Assembly: GCA_031409655.1 (NCBI GenBank)
Contig: JANNXQ010000095.1
Location: forward strand, 1 to 43,860
Length of the DNA stretch: 43,860 bases
Origin: Chthoniobacteraceae bacterium
GTDB taxonomy: Bacteria > Verrucomicrobiota > Verrucomicrobiia > Chthoniobacterales > Chthoniobacteraceae
Direction of reading: 5' to 3'
The notes under the pieces are model-generated. The model had not been told where the DNA came from. It saw nothing but the letters and a program-made list of their open reading frames with translations, and did not search any database. Each line of letters begins with the position of its first letter. The first letter of the stretch is position 1. This document shows positions 22,101-29,159 of this stretch, in pieces. The translations under genes and the position numbers were made by a program.

Positions 22101-25100
22101 GAGACGTCGAGGGTGCTCCCCACCGCGACATTTGCGCTGAAGGATTCGATGCTGATCTTTCCGCCGTCCAGCACCAGCGGTGCGGAGAGCGCCGCGGGCA
22201 CTCCCACGCGATCGTCCACAAAAAGCCCAGCCGTATTCAGCACCGCACCGGGGGCGATCGAGACGAGGCCGCGATTTGGATTCGGCGCGGGCAGCAGCTC
22301 ATCGGGCCGTTCCTTGCGGAAGTTGGCCAGAAATTCCAGGGAGAGATTCGCAGCCCGCAGGCTCAGGCTCCCACCGGGTGCGGCGAGGTCGCCGCCGATC
22401 GTGATATTGCTGCCCCGCAGCGCAATCGATCCCCCCGGAGCCGCCGTGAGTTTCACGCTGGTTGGGACGGTCACCGTGCCGTCGGGATTCTCCACCGAGA
22501 GATGACCGAAGCCTTCCTCTTCCAAGAGCTCCGGCGAAAGCACCACTTGTCCGAGCCGCGCGGCCGACAGCGCTGCAGGCACGTCGCCCACCATGGTGAA
22601 CTCGCCCACCGCTGGTCCCGGCGACCCTGAGCCGAAAACGACGGCGGGCGGGGTCGGCGAGATGGTATTGACGAGCAAATCGGAGCCCCCGCCTGCGAAA
22701 CGCTGTTCCGCAGTGAACGAGAGGGAGAGATGACTGAGTTCCGGCCTCTCCGCGCGCTGGTGCGGACCGGCGATGGTGATGCCGCGCAGCTTCCCATCGA
22801 CGGCCATGCTCGGAGCGGTGAGGGTGAGCGAGCCACCGGCGGCACCCTCGATGTAGCTGGCCTCAAAATGCGCACCGGAAGCAAACGGGGTGCTGAAAGT
22901 TTCGGTCACTCCCCACTTGCCGTGGTCCACGGAAAATTTCCCCGTATAGACACCCTGATAGACCTGTCCCGGCAGAGCGTTCTCGATCGGCACGAGCCGG
23001 CCTGCCTGGAGCAGTCGCGTCGTTTCCACCATGCCGCCCTCATGGGTGAAGTAACCGCCCGACACGTCGATCGACGCACCCTCTTGCACCACGATCGAGC
23101 CGCCCGCATGCAGCGTGACATTCCCACCGCGCGCGGTGAGTTGCGCGACATTCCTCTGAATCAGCCCGGCTAGGCCGATGGCGTCGCCGAGGGGCGTGCC
23201 CATCCAGTATTGGCCGTTATTTTCCCCAGTCTTGCGCAGGTCGATGGTCAGCGGCACCGCGCGCAGCAGGCCGCCCCGCTGCACCGGAGAGTCAGCCAGT
23301 TCGGAGCCGCGGAATTCCACATCGAGGATGCTCTGGGCGAGCGGCACGAAGACATCGGGCGTGCCGGCGACATTGATCATCGCGGAGGAGTCCACGTAGA
23401 TCTGCCCCTTATCAAAAAGGAAGCGCTGCTTCGTGCCGCTAAACTGCGTGGTAAATCCCGCTTCGATCAAGCCATCGATGCCGAGAGTGGTGCGGTCGCC
23501 ATTGGCATCTTTGTAAGGCCAGGTGCCCGCACTGAAGCGGACGTCGGCATTCGGCGCGAGCATCGTCGCGCGAGCACCGAGGTGAATCGCCAGGCCGTCG
23601 ATATTGATCTGCGATTGCTCCGGCAAGGTGGTGCCCGGCACCGTCTTTTCGCTGGCGTAATCGGGAAGGATGCGGGTCACGCTGTCGATCCCCAGCTTCA
23701 CGACGCCCGACTGTTGAAAAAAGAAGGGGATCCCATTCCCGCCTGCGGCATCGAAGTTGGGATGGCCCACCGCGCCGTAGCTTGCGTTGAGGTCGATGCG
23801 ACCGTTGAGCGTCACCGAGGTCGAACTATCGATCACCCCAAGTTGATTCACCTGGCGTCCGCTCATCGAGACGCTCCCGGTGAAGCTCTCGATGATGCCC
23901 GTATTCGTCGCCGTGCCGCCGCCATCACCCACCGCGCCGACCCACACGTCGAGCCCACGGAGGCTGGGATCGTCACTGGCGTGCGCGGCGACGCCGACCT
24001 GCTGGCCCGCCGCGATGATCGTCTGCCCCGATGGCGTCGAGATCGTGCCTTCGTTCCTGACATTGGACCCGACGAGCATCACGCGCCCGCCATTCCCGTC
24101 GCTACTCACCGGTCCATTGAGCCGCGCACCCGCCTGCACGACCACGTCGCCCGTTTTCACAACGGCGGGCGTGTAGGCCACACTTACCGAGGCGGCTCCA
24201 ACCTTCGCCAGTCCGGCGGCGGTGAAGGTCGCCGTGGCACGCTTGGTCGTCGCGTTCACTGCGAGCGTGTAGTCGGTGCCTGCGCCGAGCTTTGTCCGGC
24301 TGCCATCCGTGGCGAGGAAACTAAACACGGGCGATCCGACCGGCGTATTGCTGTTCGTGAGCGCGACGTTCTCAAGGAGGGTGTAAGTAGGCTCCGCGAC
24401 AGTGAGCCCAAATCCTGGATCGCTGATCGTCGGATTAAAGGCGGGCGTGCCATCCGAGCCGCCCGGCACCGGCAGCGCGGAGAAGAGGAACTGCGCGTCC
24501 TTGTTATTCAGCAGACCCTGCTTGATGAGGTTGTCATTGATCGGCAAGGTCGAAGCGACGAACGCGCGGGTATTCACCTGGCTGGAGCCACCGAAAATGA
24601 TGCCGTTGCGATTGATAACGTAAACGTGTCCGGGTGCTTCGATGGCGCCGAGGATTTGAGATGGCTTGCCGCTCGGGTCGTTGACCTTGTTAAAGGCGGT
24701 CCACTTACTCTGGTCGCTCTTTCCCGCGCTTTGATCGAACTGCAGCGTCGTCTTCTTACCGATGTTGAACGTCTCCCAATTCAGCACCGCCTGTTGCTCG
24801 CTTTGTTTGATGACGACCTTCGTGCGGTCGCCGGTCACCGTTTGAGTGGGCAGCGCGGCACCTTTCCAAAGAGCTGCATCCTCGCTTGCATTCGGCTTGG
24901 AAAGATTGACCGGCACGCCCGTCGCGACTTTCAAGCCACCGACACCGAGGCCATCCGGGACGTTCGGCAAGCCCACCCCGAGATTACTCGGACCCTTGAT
25001 CGCGAGATCGCGAGCTTTCGCCTGCATGGCTTTCACGGCCTGCACCGCAGCCGTCGTCCGCGCGAGTGCGTCGCGCCCATTGGCTCTGGCCAGTTCCGCA

Positions 25101-25294
25101 GCGGGGTTCACTCCTGGAGCCTGTCCAGAGCCGCTACTCTTACGGGCCTGGGCCGCGGAGGCACCGCCCCGCAGAAGATCGCCGGCACCCGCACTCAGAC
25201 TCAGTGCCACGCTGAAACAAACGCCGAGGGCTGCCGCCCGTCGGTAGAGACAGACGGACGCGCGCGGAGCGTCGGGCTGTGGGTGTGGCTTCAA
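13175..25294 (-). CDS. Giant TpsA filamentous-haemagglutinin-family exoprotein (4039 aa) with DUF3739-like C-terminus
   Basis: Signal peptide; TPS domain (LNWETFNIG...PSQILGAIEAPGHVYVINRNGIIFG); long Gly/Thr beta-helix repeats; C-terminal RIFTLRGGDIVMWS...GDVDLIAP.G.VDAGDAGIRV.GN...SIISVEVLGYG. TTG start overlaps the upstream TGA. Confidence 0.93.
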   Translation of the reverse strand: MKPHPQPDAPRASVCLYRRAAALGVCFSVALSLSAGAGDLLRGGASAAQARKSSGSGQAPGVNPAAELARANGRDALARTTAAVQAVKAMQAKARDLAIKGPSNLGVGLPNVPDGLGVGGLKVATGVPVNLSKPNASEDAALWKGAALPTQTVTGDRTKVVIKQSEQQAVLNWETFNIGKKTTLQFDQSAGKSDQSKWTAFNKVNDPSGKPSQILGAIEAPGHVYVINRNGIIFGGSSQVNTRAFVASTLPINDNLIKQGLLNNKDAQFLFSALPVPGGSDGTPAFNPTISDPGFGLTVAEPTYTLLENVALTNSNTPVGSPVFSFLATDGSRTKLGAGTDYTLAVNATTKRATATFTAAGLAKVGAASVSVAYTPAVVKTGDVVVQAGARLNGPVSSDGNGGRVMLVGSNVRNEGTISTPSGQTIIAAGQQVGVAAHASDDPSLRGLDVWVGAVGDGGGTATNTGIIESFTGSVSMSGRQVNQLGVIDSSTSVTLNGRIDLNASYGAVGHPNFDAAGGNGIPFFFQQSGVVKLGIDSVTRILPDYASEKTVPGTTLPEQSQINIDGLAIHLGARATMLAPNADVRFSAGTWPYKDANGDRTTLGIDGLIEAGFTTQFSGTKQRFLFDKGQIYVDSSAMINVAGTPDVFVPLAQSILDVEFRGSELADSPVQRGGLLRAVPLTIDLRKTGENNGQYWMGTPLGDAIGLAGLIQRNVAQLTARGGNVTLHAGGSIVVQEGASIDVSGGYFTHEGGMVETTRLLQAGRLVPIENALPGQVYQGVYTGKFSVDHGKWGVTETFSTPFASGAHFEASYIEGAAGGSLTLTAPSMAVDGKLRGITIAGPHQRAERPELSHLSLSFTAEQRFAGGGSDLLVNTISPTPPAVVFGSGSPGPAVGEFTMVGDVPAALSAARLGQVVLSPELLEEEGFGHLSVENPDGTVTVPTSVKLTAAPGGSIALRGSNITIGGDLAAPGGSLSLRAANLSLEFLANFRKERPDELLPAPNPNRGLVSIAPGAVLNTAGLFVDDRVGVPAALSAPLVLDGGKISIESFSANVAVGSTLDVSGGARISERGRVTYGNGGSINLVTGRDLGLPALIGGQLALGGTLRGYGGASGGSLTLRSQIVRIGGTSAFPRALVLQPDFFQQGGFTRYSINGIGAPTGPLIETGPSGYVPAISIASGTIIEPAAERWQAQASGFGDGSFSLNPVLLPVGERTPTSVSFTGVGADDSVTPNKLEARADLVISQGAQILTDPGASIALSGDTVTVRGTLSAPGGAISIRGRDIFPLASNLGNPTPLPTVHLAKSAHLSAAGTTVLLPDAFGRRTGTVLDGGMITVYGSIVAESGAVLDVSGTTGVLDYHPSLLGAVTSPTVPAQSGLTAPLWRVETQPVRLESDGGLIELEGSQMLFSDATLRGLAGGASGIGGTLSIHSGRFYPRTNEGVITGGYRSSDINLVVTQDGNVVPKSGALGVGKVVRGAGGVALPAMGYFAIDRFSQGGFYSLELGAKLVPSPATSLVPSGGNIRFDGPVSINAPGPLRLAAGGIIEANSRVQLAGSYVSVGQPFRVPLNPGVRAPDAFQSFTTSAAPLALPPTSGSGRLTIQAGLIDLGNLSLQNIGTALFDATSDIRGNGTVSIRGDLTLRADQIYPTTLSTLNLFAYDPADGHGSITFLGRGGAPAIPLSVGGNLRAFAHTIRQEGTLRAPLGTITLGWDGLTDFDTADADIDSPFDPLARGSLPVPVAAEVSLAKGSITSVSAVDGVSGSLALFPFGLSPDGFSWIDPRGVNVTAAGLPEKSVTLAGQSVKTAAGSTIDLRGGGDLSAFRWVPGVGGSIDRLGTASTEWISGTSYDAGDLVLFNGNTYSARVSSRGEQPKVGLFWSRVAESFAVLPKFGAAFAPENSFATGASAGLLQGNPGYIFTPNSRADRVFTSLAATTRASGGFHIGDQIHLDATPSLEAGLYTLLPRRYALLPGALLVTAQAGDPFGTFTTPEGATFTSGYRLNAFQAPGEVAGLRTRFEVAPQAVLRGRSAYDEFHGNAFFTEASRRLEIERPQRLPNDAGYLAFSGNTALKLEGGVLTGRPSGALGAAIDISSSADIFLLGGRGAAPDGAKVVLKTGVLQSWGAESLLIGGLRREEADGTAVTVRTSKIVLDNPGATFTGSDITLVSKAGLTLTDGSAIQARGRLAGGADTFQISGDGAALRVSAGGAAIERSNVNPAATTPLLTLGAGAKVAGRSMLLDSTYGTLIEPSALVSAGSLTLGSGQISILLEPQAGPLAGEVVSSQLILDGQFLAAVQQVSSLTLRSYRTIDLYGSGTFGSGSLQQLELLAGGLRGYASGAEATVIQAGEVLFSNPANVAALPAPAAAAGSLQVAAGTLRLGVNAFGVTGYDQLALNAAGGVLGEGTGSFTTGGDLTITAPRITGARSANQAITATGDLVLAKGAGTPKVLGDLGARFAFTGASVLANADLQLQSGQLTLRAVTGDVTVGGSIDVSGTTRQFYDPTRYSNAGRVILTSDRGDVELAAGSQISVAAAGTGEAGTFAVSAVQGTLRNLGSTLLGEASADARSGSFLLDVKSIGAYATVNDPLQTGGFFNERDLRVRSGSVTIDGTSRAREFTLSADAGAITVSGTIDASGTTPVAGRTGGKITLVAGGGLSVTSGARLTAHASNFDAAGKGGAIRLEAGAAINGVANPAARLNLQAGSTIDLGVDDFGAGGVTNIRSSAFRGHFTGTLHLRAPRIGNEVAVGALAGSIVGASSILVEGFRVYDQTASGLLDNALLQTIDSDATAYLNAGYSAMETRLLGANAGLSNALVIAPGIEIVSRTGGLVLGSDAEDYQNDWDLSGMRYGPKNAPGVLTLRAAGNLEFKNALSDGFAGDFSPNDFLETPPVGQQLWLRPLMDIAATLPVNTQSWSFRLAAGADVQAADYQRLRPLDTLGATEGSILVGKFLPTNLVSGSDATTGSAIENRLSFVRTGAGDISLAAGRDVQLRNQFASIYTAGVRLPYSGRIYVNPGSDPDNPMPSENDVRLMKIYADNDFAVPIVELYATTSHPGQGLLGTAQQAYAAQYSMAGGNVSISAQADIARFGLNNFGQVAVDSSRQLPNNWLYRRGYVDPVTGLFGDSGPGGSGDRSASTTWWVDFSNFFQGFGALGGGNVALAGRNIINADAVAPTNARMAGRDEVARVNLAPDASRLLELGGGDVTVRAENDIDGGVYYTERGSGILRAGGEIKTNAARAPVTTDRPTADSRTWLPTTLFVGKSTFDVSAGSDILLGPVTNPFLLPQGVNNKFWYKTYFNTFSADAAVNVASFGGNVTHRLVAADPGSLSVAPILRRWLGTQNLLAENNSSFTQPWIRLAETRVDLFDTGITVSAPTLRSTAFAGNVNIAGEMNLFPSAKGTLELAATQGVIGLQSIGVGSRIVDGATRTVNVWASSSLNVSDADPASIAGITSPLGLQAFVARDALQGSSDLPFASIDLAFNESGATQLTVDRQRALHDTGILHAGDPDPVRISALGGDVTGLELFTPKAARIVASNDISDVSLYLQNANASDISLVSAGRDLLLFNENTRLRTTASDLARGNSLAGTESRRTVLATNITSLPGDLQISGPGALEVFAGRTFDLGVGANVENLLEITGLGLTSIGNLRNPFLTDAGADLLVFAGVQGLGDKGPALGLTQSSMDFKAFGDGQAEGLGDFESNYLNKLGLNAKASALTDEQKAIVALEVFYRRLRNAGRDFATTGGYADGELAVETLFASAGSGGEIFTRARDIRTSTGGSISIGVPGGGVTMASDIFGNPLTPPGIVTEAGGGVSVFTEQSVDIGQARIFTLRGGDIVMWSTEGDIAAGNAPKTVVTAPPTRVVIDVTSADVQTDLGGLATGGGIGVLASVEGVMPGDVDLIAPKGVVDAGDAGIRVTGNLNIAATAVLNFANISVGGASSGVPTAPTVSAPNIGGLSAASNAAGASSNTTRELAQQQRPEEKKEEAPSIISVEVLGYGDGSAPEASPAPSAPPPAAPPPDDEEEKKRKAAASTPQAA

Positions 25295-25920
25295 GGTTTG
25301 ATCTTCTCGCCGGTAAGTTTGTCGCCGTAATCTTGGATCAGATTTTCAAACTTCACGCGGGTGAGCCCGACGAAGGGCTCTCGTGCGGTGAGCGCGGTCC
25401 CGAGGCCAAACTTCTGGTAACGATCCAGGATCTCATTCCCGAGTTTGAACATTGCAGCGTTCTTCGCCTGGTGGTCCGCGACTTTGCGGTTCAGCACCAC
25501 GACTTCTGCCGCAGCCCGGGCGCGCTTTGCTTCCGTGGCTTCGGCGAGCGCCGCCGCCTTCTTCTGCGAATCCTTCCACTTCTCAAGGGACTCCTGCAGG
25601 CGGGCGATTTCGAGGGATTGGTTCTCCAAACGTTTGTTGAGCCCGTCCATGGCGGCTTGAGACGCCTTCTCCCGCGATTCGCCATCCTTGGTTAGCGCCT
25701 CCACCTTTTCGGTCAATGCCTTGACACTTTCTTCCAGAGTAGCCTTCTCCGCCTGGAGAGTTGCCCGCTCCGTCTCCGCAGTGCGGAGCTGCAGCATTGT
25801 CGCCCGAAGACTGTCGCGCAGCTTGGTCTCGGCGGGATTGGGAGCGTTCGGCGCTTCAGCGGCCATCGCGGAACTGGCCATGAGGCAGGCTAAGAGGAGG
25901 GAAGGGTAAAAGCGGGGCAT
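25291..25920 (-). CDS. Exported coiled-coil protein of the TPS/TonB cluster
   Basis: Signal peptide, long heptad region, C-terminal REPFVGLTRVKFENLIQDY; tightly coupled to both neighbours. Confidence 0.8.
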   Translation of the reverse strand: MPRFYPSLLLACLMASSAMAAEAPNAPNPAETKLRDSLRATMLQLRTAETERATLQAEKATLEESVKALTEKVEALTKDGESREKASQAAMDGLNKRLENQSLEIARLQESLEKWKDSQKKAAALAEATEAKRARAAAEVVVLNRKVADHQAKNAAMFKLGNEILDRYQKFGLGTALTAREPFVGLTRVKFENLIQDYGDKLTGEKIKP

Positions 25921-25923
25921 GGG

Positions 25924-27876
25924 TTAAAATTTTGCGCTGAGATCGAAGAGGATGACGTCGTTCTTGGCCGGTGGGCCGGCGATGCTATCTGCGCTAAACC
26001 ATTTCAAACCGAGGGAGACGTTCTTGGAAATCGCGACGGCGCCGGAGAGGGTGAAGCCTTTCACATTCGTGCCACCGAGGCCGAAGTCCGAGTCATTGAA
26101 GCCATCAATGACCGCATCGGACTCCACGTGGCGGTAGTTAAAACCCAGACCCCAATTTCCGCGCTCCGAAAGATCGGCTGTGCCAACATTCAACCCAACA
26201 ACCCATGCAATATCCCCACCGTCGAATGCGCCTGCGCTGTTAATGCCGCCAGCCGGACCGCGGTTGTTCACCGCGATCTTGTTTATCTCTCCTTTGTTAA
26301 AAGCAAGGTTTTTGATCCACTCGCCTTGCAGAGTGATGCGCACGGGCTCGAAGCCGTCATACGTCAGCTTGCCGGTGATCGCCAGATCTTCGAAGGGCGT
26401 CGCAAGGCCGAAGTATTGGAATTGATTGGTGGTGCCGAAATTGTTGTTCGCATTCGCCACGATGTTTCGCAGCGGGCGGTAGGAATTCCCCTTTTGGGCG
26501 AAGGACGGGCGAGTGTTGTCAGTGTTTCCGGCGTCCTGAGCGTTCAGCGGCGTGTAAGGGTCCGACAGCCGTCCTTCGACGTTCTCAAAGTAGTAATAAG
26601 CGACAGAGCCGCGAAAGCTGATGCCTTTGCCCACTTTAACGTCGGCGCCGAGCTGGCCGCCGTAAAGATACTTGTCGTCACTCTGGAACTTATCCGGCCT
26701 GTTTGAAGAAAAGGTGAAGTCTGTATTGAAGACAGGGAATGCGCCCCCTGCCACAAACGGAGTGACGCCTTTTGCCACTTCGTAGCGTGCGGCAAGCGCC
26801 ACGCCATCGAACCCGACGTCCTCATCCCAAATGATGTCCGTCGAGAAGAATGGGTTGTCGAAACGACCGGCGCTAATCGCGAGGTTCTTGTTCGGTAAGC
26901 CCCCGGCTTCGTAACGGATGAACCCGCGATCCAGCCAGATCGCGTATTTGCTGAAGTTTCCACCCTGGCCCTGATTTGCGAGACCCAGGCTTTGGTTGGT
27001 AGTGACGGGGGAGCTATTTTCGCCTGTGGCGATGCGGAGGCCAACGCTGAAGCCTTCTGTAAGATCAACCCCAACACCGAGCCGCGCCCTAAGCCGCACT
27101 CTTTGACGGTCCTGATCCACATTGATCTGGGGCGAAAACACCGTGCCGCTGACGTCGAACGGTGAACCCGTATTGATCGCCTGGAAGTTTGGGAATGCAC
27201 CGGTGTTGTCATTCCCGTCCGGAAAGGCATCCACTTCCGCCCGGACGCGGACATCGCCGAAGACGTGGAAGCGTTGCGTCCATTCGGGTGCGGCATTCGG
27301 AGCTATCCAATTCTCGGTCTTGGCCTGCGCCAGGACCTCTTCCTTGATCTGTTCGCGCATCTGCTTCTTCACCACCTCCGGGATGTACGTAACGCGCACG
27401 GCGCCTCCCGATGGCATTTGGTCGGGAGCCGGCGAAGCACCTTGCGCGGCGGTGACTGCCTGCTGGACAGCGATCTGCACGATTGCTTCCTGCGAAGCGG
27501 TCGCCTGTTGCCGCGCTTCGTCAGCATCATTTTGAGCCATCTTCATCAGGTCCGCCGAATCATCGGGGCTGAGAATGCCCTTCTGGACGAGTCGATTGAT
27601 AAGATTAATGACAACGCTCTCCGACTTTCCTGCCGGAGCCGGAGCGGCGGCGACGTCGGTCAGTGCTCGATCTGTGTCTGCGGCGGCGGCCGCATTGGGT
27701 GTGGCGGCGAGAAGGATGCGATCAATGCCATCCAGCGCTGGAAGCGGGACCGATTCCGAAGGATCCATGATCCGACCGGCAAAGACCTGCGAAGCTGCGA
27801 TCAGGCACCAGGAAGATGCGGCGAGCAACGCGAAGGGGGGACGGCGGCGGACACATGGAACGGAAAGCATGAGCAA
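25924..27876 (-). CDS. Putative porin (outer-membrane beta-barrel with N-terminal periplasmic region)
   Basis: Signal peptide; INLINRLVQKGIL helical segment; amphipathic strands (RVRLRARLGV, DSDFGLGGTNVKG); terminal Phe (DLSAKF). Alternative start ATG 27870. Confidence 0.85.
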   Translation of the reverse strand: MLMLSVPCVRRRPPFALLAASSWCLIAASQVFAGRIMDPSESVPLPALDGIDRILLAATPNAAAAADTDRALTDVAAAPAPAGKSESVVINLINRLVQKGILSPDDSADLMKMAQNDADEARQQATASQEAIVQIAVQQAVTAAQGASPAPDQMPSGGAVRVTYIPEVVKKQMREQIKEEVLAQAKTENWIAPNAAPEWTQRFHVFGDVRVRAEVDAFPDGNDNTGAFPNFQAINTGSPFDVSGTVFSPQINVDQDRQRVRLRARLGVGVDLTEGFSVGLRIATGENSSPVTTNQSLGLANQGQGGNFSKYAIWLDRGFIRYEAGGLPNKNLAISAGRFDNPFFSTDIIWDEDVGFDGVALAARYEVAKGVTPFVAGGAFPVFNTDFTFSSNRPDKFQSDDKYLYGGQLGADVKVGKGISFRGSVAYYYFENVEGRLSDPYTPLNAQDAGNTDNTRPSFAQKGNSYRPLRNIVANANNNFGTTNQFQYFGLATPFEDLAITGKLTYDGFEPVRITLQGEWIKNLAFNKGEINKIAVNNRGPAGGINSAGAFDGGDIAWVVGLNVGTADLSERGNWGLGFNYRHVESDAVIDGFNDSDFGLGGTNVKGFTLSGAVAISKNVSLGLKWFSADSIAGPPAKNDVILFDLSAKF

Positions 27877-27903
27877 CGGAGGAATGTGGGGCGGCGGGCC
27901 GCA

Positions 27904-28740
27904 TTATTTTTGGCGGCGGGCGTTGAGTCGGAGCTTGATGGGCATCTTCATCCCGGCGGGTGGCGCTTCGGAAAGTTGGACGCCGGGAAGCACTTCGTTC
28001 TTGATCGCTTCGTCCACGGACGGATCGCCGGAGGAACCCATCAGTTGACCGCGCGTGATCTTACCCGAGCCATCCACCCAGATATGGGCGACGACGCTCA
28101 TGCTGGCCGCACGCGTCCGGCTGTTATTGCGCAGAGCCGAAGTGATCGGACTTACTGCCTGACTCGCGTACCAGGCAAACATGTCGCCACCACCCCCGCC
28201 GGTGCCATTGCCACCGCCGCCGTTGCCGCTGCGTCCGAGTCCGCTCATGCCTGGCCCCTTGCCGACGAGCCCGGTGCCGAGAGGCGCGGGCTCGTCCACG
28301 GGCTTCGGCTTCGCGGCTTCAGGTTTGGGCTCCGGCTTCTCCATTGGAGCCTCATCGAGTTTCTTTTCCTCCTGCTTTGGTGGGGGCGGCTGGACCTTTG
28401 GTGGGGGTGGCGGCGGTGGTGGCAGGGGCTGGATTCTGACGACCTGTTGCGGAGGTGCTTTCGGTGGGGCTTTTGGTTTGGCTGTGGCGGGCTTTCCAAA
28501 GATCGCGTAGCCCGCGCCGCCGAGAAGCAGGAGGCCTATGATGATCGGAACGCGGAAGCGCTGGAGGAAGCCGTCCTCATCGTCATCGTCGGGGCGGGGC
28601 GGTTTCGGTGCGCCCTTGCGCGAGGGCGAGTGCTGAAGTGGGCGGTCGATTTGACGCGATACCGCACGAGCGGTCGGCTGCGGGAGTTCCGCGACGGTGC
28701 GAGCCGTCAGTGTTTCAGTGGTATCCAGGTTGTTAGTCAT
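27904..28740 (-). CDS. TonB-like energy transducer
   Basis: Single TM, Pro/Lys/Glu-rich spacer, Gly linker, C-terminal TonB-type domain (IWVDGSGKITR...SSGDPSVDEAI). Confidence 0.85.
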   Translation of the reverse strand: MTNNLDTTETLTARTVAELPQPTARAVSRQIDRPLQHSPSRKGAPKPPRPDDDDEDGFLQRFRVPIIIGLLLLGGAGYAIFGKPATAKPKAPPKAPPQQVVRIQPLPPPPPPPPKVQPPPPKQEEKKLDEAPMEKPEPKPEAAKPKPVDEPAPLGTGLVGKGPGMSGLGRSGNGGGGNGTGGGGGDMFAWYASQAVSPITSALRNNSRTRAASMSVVAHIWVDGSGKITRGQLMGSSGDPSVDEAIKNEVLPGVQLSEAPPAGMKMPIKLRLNARRQK

Positions 28741-28752
28741 GGCGTGAGGCGG

Positions 28753-29157
28753 TTATTTTTTGGAAGGTAGGGTTGCGAGGGAGACTTCGAGGTCGAGCCG
28801 TCCGAGGACGGTGATGACATCCATCACGACCTGGTATTGCGTCTGGCGGTCGCCACGGACGACGGCGGGAAAGATGGGGGTCTTCGCTTTTACCGCGGCC
28901 AGCTTGCTCTCGAGCTGCTCGAGCGTGACGGGGAGCGTGTTGAGAAAGACCTTGCCTTCGTTATTCACCGTGATGGCTTGCATCTTCGGGCCATCGATCG
29001 GCTTTGCTGACGGGGCGCCGGCCTTGGGCAGATTTACCTTTACCCCCTGCACGCCGGCCGTCGTCATGATGATGAAGATCAGCAGGAGGACCAGATACAG
29101 GTCCACCATCGGGGTGACATTGATGTCGTCGTAAGACTTATTGTCGCCCGCTTGCAT
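28753..29157 (-). CDS. exbD: ExbD/TolR biopolymer transporter
   Basis: INVTPMVDLYLVLLLIF with the conserved TM Asp; VVRGD...YQ.VMDV. Confidence 0.93.
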   Translation of the reverse strand: MQAGDNKSYDDINVTPMVDLYLVLLLIFIIMTTAGVQGVKVNLPKAGAPSAKPIDGPKMQAITVNNEGKVFLNTLPVTLEQLESKLAAVKAKTPIFPAVVRGDRQTQYQVVMDVITVLGRLDLEVSLATLPSKK

Positions 29158-29159
29158 GG

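Noticed and set aside
14648..25330. Long plus-strand ORFs (539, 483, 334, 706 aa) opposite tpsA
   Set aside because: Expected stop-poor antisense frames of a high-GC gene; no recognisable domains.
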